Of a stretch of 17,786 nt of DNA, positions 16,305 through 17,786 are shown in pieces. The notes beneath the pieces were generated by a model. That model ran no database searches and had not been told where the DNA came from. It saw only the letters and a list, made by a program, of their open reading frames with translations. Numbering within the stretch: position 1 is the first letter of the stretch; each line of letters begins with the position of its first letter. A program made the translations under genes and the position numbers. Source of the DNA: Candidatus Heimdallarchaeota archaeon (GTDB lineage Archaea; Asgardarchaeota; Heimdallarchaeia; JABLTI01); contig JAUWKS010000067.1 of the NCBI GenBank assembly GCA_030614005.1, positions 1 through 17,786 of the forward strand. The letters are read 5' to 3'.

Positions 16305-16772
16305 ATGACAGAAAATGAGGAAATGGAAAAACAAATTCAAAAAATGAGAGAAGGATATTTTCAACAGCGAGTTGAAATGCTTAATGCTCTAATGGAACGA
16401 TTTGGTCCAGAAGTGAAAGATATTGTAAGGAAATTTGTTATAGAAGACAGCAAAAAAACGTGGGCTAAAATAGCAGAGAAAGAAGGTAGTAATGATATAC
16501 CAGCTTTTCTCCGAACTCTTTGGGAACCTGTAAAGGGTCCTTTTGAATTTTCTTCCGAAAAAAAGGATAAGGGAATACAAATGAAAATTACTCGTTGTCC
16601 ATTTGCAGATATGGCTATAGCATTGGGTGAAGAAGATTGGGGTTTCGAATTTTATTGTATGTCTGATTATGGCATGGTAGAAGGGTTTAATCCTGAAATA
16701 AAATTTAGCCGCTCAAAAACCTTAATGGAAGGACATGATTGTTGTGACCATTTCTATAAAATGAAAAAATAG
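16305..16772 (+). CDS. L-2-amino-thiazoline-4-carboxylic acid hydrolase-like (V4R-related) protein
   Basis: 'TRCPFA...G..YC..D......NP.I.F.RSKTLMEGHDCCD' is the characteristic family motif. Start refined to ATG 16305 with GGAG at 16293-16296. Confidence 0.85.
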   Translation: MTENEEMEKQIQKMREGYFQQRVEMLNALMERFGPEVKDIVRKFVIEDSKKTWAKIAEKEGSNDIPAFLRTLWEPVKGPFEFSSEKKDKGIQMKITRCPFADMAIALGEEDWGFEFYCMSDYGMVEGFNPEIKFSRSKTLMEGHDCCDHFYKMKK

Positions 16773-16812
16773 ACAATTAGTATCCTCCCACTTTTTCTTA
16801 TTATATTTAGTT

Positions 16813-16851
16813 AAGGGATTTTCCAGAATACGATTATTCTCATAATCCCTT
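16813..16851. terminator. Two-part hairpin between convergent ATC-hydrolase-like gene and ppa
   Basis: AAGGGATT-ttcc-AGAATA-cgat-TATTCT-cat-AATCCCTT (8 + 6 bp). Confidence 0.45.
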
Positions 16852-16868
16852 TGAACCAAATAATGGAT

Positions 16869-17441
16869 TTAATGAGTGGATTGGTATAAATTGCCTTTAT
16901 TCATTATATCATAATACTTTTCTTGGAAGTAATCAATTGAGGTATTAATAATTTTTAGTGCTTGCTCCTTTCCTTCCCACCCATGTACTTCGGTCTTCTT
17001 TCCCTTCTCCAATTTCTTATAGTCTCTAAAGAATTCTTCTACTTCAAGCAATTGATGTTTTGGCACCCAATCCAATGAATTCGCTTCGTCCATTCTAGGG
17101 TCGTTATGTGCAACAGCGATGATTTTATCATCATCACCCATTTCGTCTTTCATTCGTAATACACCTATAGGTCGAGCTGTTACAAGACATCCAGGGAAAG
17201 TTGGTTCTGTAATCAATACCATTATATCTAGAGGATCTTTGTCATCGCCTAATGTACGCGGGATGAATCCATAAGAAATCGGGAAAACCACAGAGGAATA
17301 TAAAACTCGATCAAGATAAATTGCCATAATTTCTTTGTCAAATTCAAATTTGTTCTTTGACCCTTGGGGGGTTTCAATTACTGCGTAGATTATTTCAGGA
17401 GGGTTGGGTCCTGGTTTAACATCTGTCCATAAGTTTGGCAT
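16869..17441 (-). CDS. ppa: Inorganic pyrophosphatase, family I
   Basis: 'VIETPQGSKNKFE', 'LDRVLYS', 'YGFIPRT', DKDPLD, 'DDKII', 'FFRDYKKLE'. True start ATG 17441 (MPNLW); the track's 40 extra N-terminal residues look non-coding. Confidence 0.96.
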   Translation of the reverse strand: MPNLWTDVKPGPNPPEIIYAVIETPQGSKNKFEFDKEIMAIYLDRVLYSSVVFPISYGFIPRTLGDDKDPLDIMVLITEPTFPGCLVTARPIGVLRMKDEMGDDDKIIAVAHNDPRMDEANSLDWVPKHQLLEVEEFFRDYKKLEKGKKTEVHGWEGKEQALKIINTSIDYFQEKYYDIMNKGNLYQSTH

Positions 17442-17599
17442 AGTACTATCATCTTCATATAAGTGGTTAAATAATATACAAATAAATCTTTTCAATTCTT
17501 GTATGTTTTCCTTTAAAACATCAAAAAAAAGGTTAAAAAAATGAGTGAAAGGATTTTGCAATCCAGTTCAACCTCATCTAAATCTTACTCATGGTCTAT

Positions 17600-17786
17600 C
17601 TTGGTTAACAAGCTCTAATAAGAGTTAGTGTTAACTTTTGACTTTCTGCGAGTCCGCCCAACTCCCCGAAGGGAGGAACTTTCGTTTGACGTTTGGCTGT
17701 ATGTCGCTAAAAAACTTCTCTCGAAAGACTCGAATATCTTTCAAGAGTCGTTGCCTGACCACAAGGCGTTTCTGTGATAGTGCTAG
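17600..17786 (-). other. Cluster of hairpins at window edge; candidate structured RNA or mobile-element end
   Basis: Stems at 17604-17635, 17651-17680 (C(UUCG)G loop on minus), 17718-17747 (11 bp, G.U on minus) and 17753-17767. 33/60 G+C in 17641-17700 against AT-rich flanks. Confidence 0.5.

Noticed and set aside
426-16580. Numerous 60-103 aa ORFs antisense to or overlapping real genes (e.g. 850-1041, 2804-3100, 4409-4603, 7357-7668, 8387-8698, 11614-11838, 15438-15737)
   Set aside because: These are shadow frames of well-supported genes, with no motifs or initiation signals.
17442-17561. 40-residue N-terminal extension of Ppa in the ORF track
   Set aside because: Its composition mirrors AT-rich promoter DNA, and family homology begins at MPNLW (ATG 17441).
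17656-17680. CCCGAAGGGAGGAAC resembles the SRP RNA helix-8 motif (CAGG-CCC-GGAA-GGG-AGCA), and GTCCGCCCA / GAGGAA resemble RNase P RNA pieces
   Set aside because: It lacks the CAGG/AGCA internal loop and the GNRA tetraloop. The RNase P-like pieces are in the wrong order. The loop reads better as UUCG on the opposite strand.
1-17786. CRISPR array, tRNA, rRNA, Sec/Pyl read-through
   Set aside because: No regularly spaced direct repeats, no cloverleaf or T-loop signature, and no gene interrupted by an in-frame TGA/TAG were seen by eye.

Overview
AT-rich archaeal chromosomal window. The genes srp54, rpl21e, rpo4/rpoF, pelota and DUF655 are archaeal-type. A stand-alone Roadblock/LC7 protein, a DegV protein and a tandem Lrp-like regulator suggest an Asgard lineage (inference, no phylogeny run). 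Gene order: end of an FtsX-type ABC permease, two LolD/MacB-like ATPases, degV, srp54, a degenerate TrmY-like SPOUT protein, an oppositely oriented rpl21e-rpo4-DUF655 block, an isocitrate/isopropylmalate-family dehydrogenase, a 160-aa orphan, a radical SAM-TRAM protein, pelota, a Roadblock protein, a large tandem wHTH/Lrp-like regulator, thyX, an ATC-hydrolase/V4R-like protein and ppa. The most interesting part is the 'empty' 12617-13555 gap. It holds a 55-aa protein with 7 cysteines that the ORF track missed (12865-13032, minus; with its own SD, TATA and terminator), a possible divergent 47-aa sORF and a 14-bp inverted repeat, all next to the regulator. The right edge (17600-17786) is a GC-enriched cluster of hairpins, including a C(UUCG)G loop on the minus strand. 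It may be a structured RNA or a mobile-element end. No CRISPR array, tRNA or rRNA was seen.
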